A stretch of DNA of 54,584 bases from Nemertoderma westbladi (Eukaryota > Animalia > Xenacoelomorpha), in NCBI GenBank assembly GCA_032718475.1, contig JAUCBJ010005842.1, positions 1 through 54,584 of the forward strand, in the 5' to 3' direction. Under the pieces are notes generated by a model. That model saw only the letters and a program-made list of their open reading frames with translations. It was not told the DNA's origin and did no database searches. Shown here one piece after another: positions 49,576 through 54,584 of this stretch. Every line of letters begins with the position of its first letter. Positions within the stretch are counted from its first letter, which is position 1. The translations under genes and the position numbers were made by a program.

Positions 49576-52500
49576 TAGGTATTATTATTATAAAGAGCGT
49601 CAGCCTGCGTTTAATAAATATATTTTAATACAAAACAGGTCGAACGCAAAGAGGCTTATAATGAAGACGAGTACTGCATTGATTATATTCCTATAAACCA
49701 CCTGGCTTTGCATATTGAACGTGCGTTTGGAAATAAGTTCGTGCTACCCTTCCGTGGGTGGTAGATGTCGCGGTTATGTATTGGTGGGTGGGGGGAGGGG
49801 GGGGGGGGGGGGGTGCAGATTAAAAGGGGTGAACACGTACTGTCCCCCTTTCTTTGATTAATTGGTGGTGTGGGTTAATCTCTCATAATCTGATTTTGTG
49901 ATACAGTCGCACAATTTAAATTTGTATCTCATAACTGGGCCTCGTGCTGCGCGAAGGCCCCACGAACGTGTGCAGGGAGTGGCACCGCACAGGATGAAAA
50001 CTATGAATGTCTTTGTACATAATAACAATGTGCTTGCTACGTTTACTGTAGCAATGAAAACAAAAACTCAACTACAATATCTATGTCATGATGTTATGTG
50101 TATTGGGTCGGAAAAACTAACTCTGGTTGTTGTATGTGCCAAGCCAATTAGGTTTCAATTGGCTGTTGCCTGGCTACTAATATCATAAAGCAGCAACAGT
50201 ATTATGTGACTAATTGATGTTCAACTGATCGATGTAGGTAGTTTCCCTTAACAAGATATTTGCACAATATATAGTGATAAACACCTGTACAATATGCACA
50301 ATATATAAGCAATATGTAATACGTTTACTGTATGACAATATTATAGATTGCGCCACACGTGATGTTCCTAGTTTGACCGAGAGGCTCTATTGCTACCTTG
50401 AATTTGTTAGGTATTAATCCCCACATTGGTGGGTGATAATTGGTGCTGTTAAATGGCTGATGGCAATAGGGTGGCTAATCTGGGGTGGCAAAGTGCATAT
50501 AAGGATAATCCCTTAACAGATTCTGCAAATTATTGCAAAATCATATATATGGTTCCAAAAACTGGTGTGTTGAACAGTTGAAGTGCAGAACTTGTGGTAT
50601 TTAGTATAAAGACAAGAGAGTCGGTTAGAGTATACAGGTCTAGTCAGGTAATCAGGTAGATAGAGACGTATGTATACAGGTCTAGTCAGTTTCCTACTTA
50701 TATACCAGCCACAACCACCACATCAGTTAAGATCGAATGACCAGACCAAGGGAATTTAAATATCCCCCAATATTGCCTATAGATGTATGGGAGACATGCA
50801 TTCTCAGTAGCCGGTCCTATGGTGTGGATCTCGATCCCACAGGATGTCTGTGGTTGTGGCTATGCTTTATGGAGCCGGTGAGAAAACAGTCCTACATGTG
50901 CCGTACAGTTATTGGACGGATCCAAGAAGTGGATGTTGGACGGATCCATCATGGATGTCCTTATTTCTCACGCGTGTTTGTTTGTTTGTTTGTACACACA
51001 ACTTCTTGCACTTAATGTTGATGGAATTGGATGACATTTTGATGATAGGTTCATTATCGGACCTAGTTTTGTATGCGAGGTTTTGGTTGTGAGGGACCTG
51101 TTGGTTGCCTAATGCCTAGCAACAGTGAAATTAATTCTAGAATGACCGATCATAATCATAGAATTCACTCAATCAAAATTCTGTCGACACCCCATAGGGA
51201 GCATCTATTGGACATACATTCTGCAAAATTTCGCTTTATTTCGTTTAGAAATGTAGGAGAAGATACATTTTTCTAACAAATAGTGTTTTTTTAACATAGG
51301 CCCTACAATATTATACTAATTATACTATTATCATACTGGCTAGCCAATCCTTGAATATTGTTGCCAAGACAACATCCTATTGGAGGTTCAGTGTGGAGTT
51401 AAGTAAGTAGCAGTGTAATTAATTGAGAGGGCTGTCTGCTTCACATTGACAACTATTTGGTTCTCATTTGTTATTATATATTACGCTGCCCTGCTTATGC
51501 GCGTAATTCATTACAACAAACAACTGAATAATAACTGAGTTGTACAGACGGTACTTTGCCCAATGTTTCGTTTTGCGTTTTTCGTTATTAGTATAGGCCG
51601 CATAGGTGCGTAATTTATTACAACAATAATATTGATAGCAATGGATCCGACCATATTGTCAGCTCTCGCTGGCAAGCTTGCAGTTAATCAAAGTCAATAA
51701 CAACGGTGCAATATGTGGATTATAGGTATATTACAAATATTGATTTATTTAATGATATCTGTTTAGCCAGTACATTATATGGGATTAGAGGGGCGCGTAG
51801 GGCTCCAGAATCTGTGAGTGCTTTTTATAAGAATTGAGTTCTCTTGGTGCCCCAGTTTGCACCATGGCAATTGCGGCTAATGTACAATCGCTTTTACATT
51901 GTATATTTCCCTCGAATTTATCGTTGCCATTGGTGACTTTTGCCACATAGAGAAAAAAAACATTGTTAAACAAAATATGGGCAGCATATTATTCATCTTG
52001 GTTCACCAATAACTCAACGGTTTGCTTACTTCAGTTATTGATTGATGCAACTTGCCCAAAAGACGCGACGCACTTATTGCTAAATTTTATGGGTTCCTTA
52101 ATTCACTACGCAATGATGCCAGCAGTATTTCTAAAATTATATGTCTTCCACGAGCTTTAATGGGCTTCGCTTATTACTAACAACTTGGATCAGGGAAAAA
52201 CCTAAAACATTTAACAAACATGCGCGCGCATGTCGGGGATTTACGTCAAAATGAATTGAATTGAGTCGAGCTGATAATGAAACTTAAATAAATGGTATTT
52301 TAATATGATTTGGTTCAGTAATGAAACAATGAGGAAGCATGTCACTGGGGTTGAACGCTGGAATTCACGTTTTGATCTAAAAAGTGATTCGAGTTTCTTC
52401 AGGCCTTAAGACTGCCCAAGTGCCTAGTGTCAGGGGAAAGTGTCTGAACTAGTAGAACTGTTGTCCAACCCAACCCCTTTAATTCCGCGATGCCTCTATA

Positions 52501-52716
52501 ACAAAATTGGGCTTCGCCAACACCACTGAGAAGGACCAACTTGTAAGGAATTTACGGTTCTAGTCGGCTAGACCATATACAAGGGGGCACGGTGATGGCA
52601 CGCCATCAAAAAAATGTGAAACTAAAAAACATAGAGAATAAAATTTTAAGATGTGATGTGTTTTTTCTCAGCTTCATTGACTAACTTAAATTGTTTCAAT
52701 CGAAATTTCCCTTTGC

Positions 52717-52827
52717 ACCCATGACATTTGCTAGATCATCCATATCTTCAAGGCCAGTGTCCTTTACTATGCGTCTCAAGAATGTCATGGGCTGACCAGA
52801 CCACCTTGCTTATTCACTCCATGAGGC
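52717..52827 (-). mobile_element. RTE family B fragment, inverted
   Basis: Reverse complement of about 53235-53342. Confidence 0.8.
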
Positions 52828-52844
52828 CGTATTCACTCATGGCA

Positions 52845-53432
52845 TAAATCCATCAGGTTTTACCTGGGATCATGGATCCGGAAATCAAGTGAGGACCTTC
52901 GAATACGTAAGGGAAAGGCATGGGCAGCCTTGAATAGGCTTTCCAGGATTTGGAAGTCACATAGAATTCATCGGAAACTTAAGGTCCGATTACTTAGAGC
53001 AGCAGTAGTTCCAGTACTCCTCTATGGGAGTCCATGCTGGGCTCTAACTGCTGAGGACACCAAATCTCGGGATGGCACATTCACAAGAATGCTACGCCGG
53101 GTTCACTGTATCAATCATTGTGTTCAGTGTCTCATTGGTTCCCCCAAGCTTGACACTAGAACAAAGTCGCCTCCGCTTTGAAGGACATTGCTTTCGCCGT
53201 GAGGACCAGTCAGTGCATAATCTTGTGCTTTGGCAGCCTCATGGAGTGAATAAGCATGGTGGACAGCCCATGACATGCTTGAGATGCATCTTAAAGGACA
53301 CTGGCCTTGAAGATGCGGATGATCTAGCAAATGTCATGGGTGATAGGGAGTTGTGGCGGCGCAATTTTGTCGACAAGCCGGCACAGCATTCTTAAAAATG
53401 CTGCTGCAATGCAGCATGCCGATCCAAGTAGT
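52845..53432 (+). mobile_element. RTE family B 3' fragment (longest young copy)
   Basis: YLGSWI-like motif, RLSRIWKS..LKVRLLRAAVVPVLLYGS and RLRFEGHCFR, with an AGTAGTA tail. Confidence 0.88.
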
Positions 53433-53954
53433 ACGCACGCCTATATATAATCTTCTCTAGCCTCTTTCGCCCTTATAAATTCCAAGTCACAATTTCCCAC
53501 CTATACTGCTTAGTTGGGGTGTACCTAGTTAGCGTTACTTAGTAGGCTAGGCCAATACGAGTATAGACTGGTTCAACCACCAGTGATGTGCCTCCTCATT
53601 TTTTCAATTTCAATTTCTTTCTACTCCTGAAATATATGAAATCGTTATAAATTGTGATAATGAAATAGAAAGAATTGCAAGGACCAGATTTCATCTATTG
53701 CGAATCAATTTACCCTGGAGATAGAATACTGGAACCGCTCCATTTACAGTGATATGCTATGCAAATGAGGCCAACTCTAATCCGAGTAACATACTCTTAT
53801 CGAGTGTGTCTTGCCAGATTTCTAGAGATTAACATATACCTGGGAGGAGCCCTTCCATACAATGCATCAACAATATGCTTTTAACACTTTTATTTTCTTT
53901 ATAAGTTTTGGTTTAGATGTATTAGAGGGAAAATCTATTTTGTACACTTTAGTT

Positions 53955-54270
53955 AAATTATATTTATTGAACATATTGACATATTGAACTATTTAATATT
54001 TATGAGCATATTAAACTATTTTATATTTATTGAGCATATTGTCATATATATTGTACTATTTTATTTTTATTGAGCATATTGACATATATTGACATATATT
54101 GAACTATTAAATATTTATTGAGCATATTAAACTATTTAATATTTATTGAGCATATTGAACTATTTTATTTTATTGAGCATATTGAACTATTTAATATTTA
54201 TTGAGCATATTAAACTATTTAATATTTATTGAGCATATTAAATTTTAATTTTTATTGAGCATATTGACAT
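53955..54270. repeat. AT-rich minisatellite, unit about 28-38 bp
   Basis: Recurrent TTTATTGAGCATATT(G/A)AACTATTT. Confidence 0.9.
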
Positions 54271-54377
54271 TGAATGTATATTTGTTACTAAATACTATAT
54301 AATGATAATATTATATTATATAATGGATTTACTTTGCAGTAATAATTGCAGTAATATTTATTACAATAATAATATTA

Positions 54378-54584
54378 ACAAGTATATTTCACAGACAAAC
54401 AGAACATGTTTGTCTGTGTTTAATTTTTGTTTTTCATACTTATTTAAGTCATCCCATTGTCATCGTTAATTTAAACCCATAATTTCAAACTGTTTCTGCT
54501 GGTAGGAATGAAATTTGGCGTAAGCCTACTTACTGCATGCACAATATCTAAACTACCGATTAAACTACTAAGTTTTAAAACTAA
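54378..54584. mobile_element. Probable Helentron-like element running off the window
   Basis: Hairpin CACAGACAAACA-n5-TGTTTGTCTGTG and a GAATGAAATTTGGC core motif. Confidence 0.4.

Noticed and set aside
28874-49813. Poly-G/poly-C runs at about 28874, 33121 and 49786 as functional G4 elements
   Set aside because: Similar runs are subterminal parts of MITEs elsewhere in the window, and homopolymer lengths are error-prone in assemblies.

Overview
AT-rich eukaryotic genomic DNA, most likely from an invertebrate animal; the species cannot be determined from the sequence. I can support only two host genes. They are convergent and each has a single coding exon: a ZIP9/SLC39A9 zinc transporter (+, 2076-3056) and a class A GPCR (-, 15859-14591) that lacks the conserved TM3-ECL2 disulfide cysteines. 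The rest is layered, often nested transposon debris. This includes a near-intact 5'-truncated CR1/L2-group LINE inside a hAT-like MITE, two RTE LINE families, a solo LTR, hAT- and Harbinger-like MITEs, Helentron/HINE-like elements and a P-element/THAP9-type remnant. There are four tandem arrays (17 bp, about 148 bp, 6 bp and about 32 bp units). The most notable observations are: (i) a TA->TACTGTA excision footprint visible by comparing two paralogous LINE copies, plus strong enrichment of TAGGCCTA and TACCGGTA; (ii) a 4-kb (TACACC)n array that is the expanded arm of a MITE whose 180-bp version also lies in the window; (iii) the disulfide-less GPCR; and (iv) an intronless ZIP9 bracketed by Helentron-like repeats. 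I found no prokaryotic-type system, CRISPR array or RNA gene, and no clearly novel multi-gene system. Boundaries of degraded repeats are approximate, and family names come from motif recognition, not database searches.
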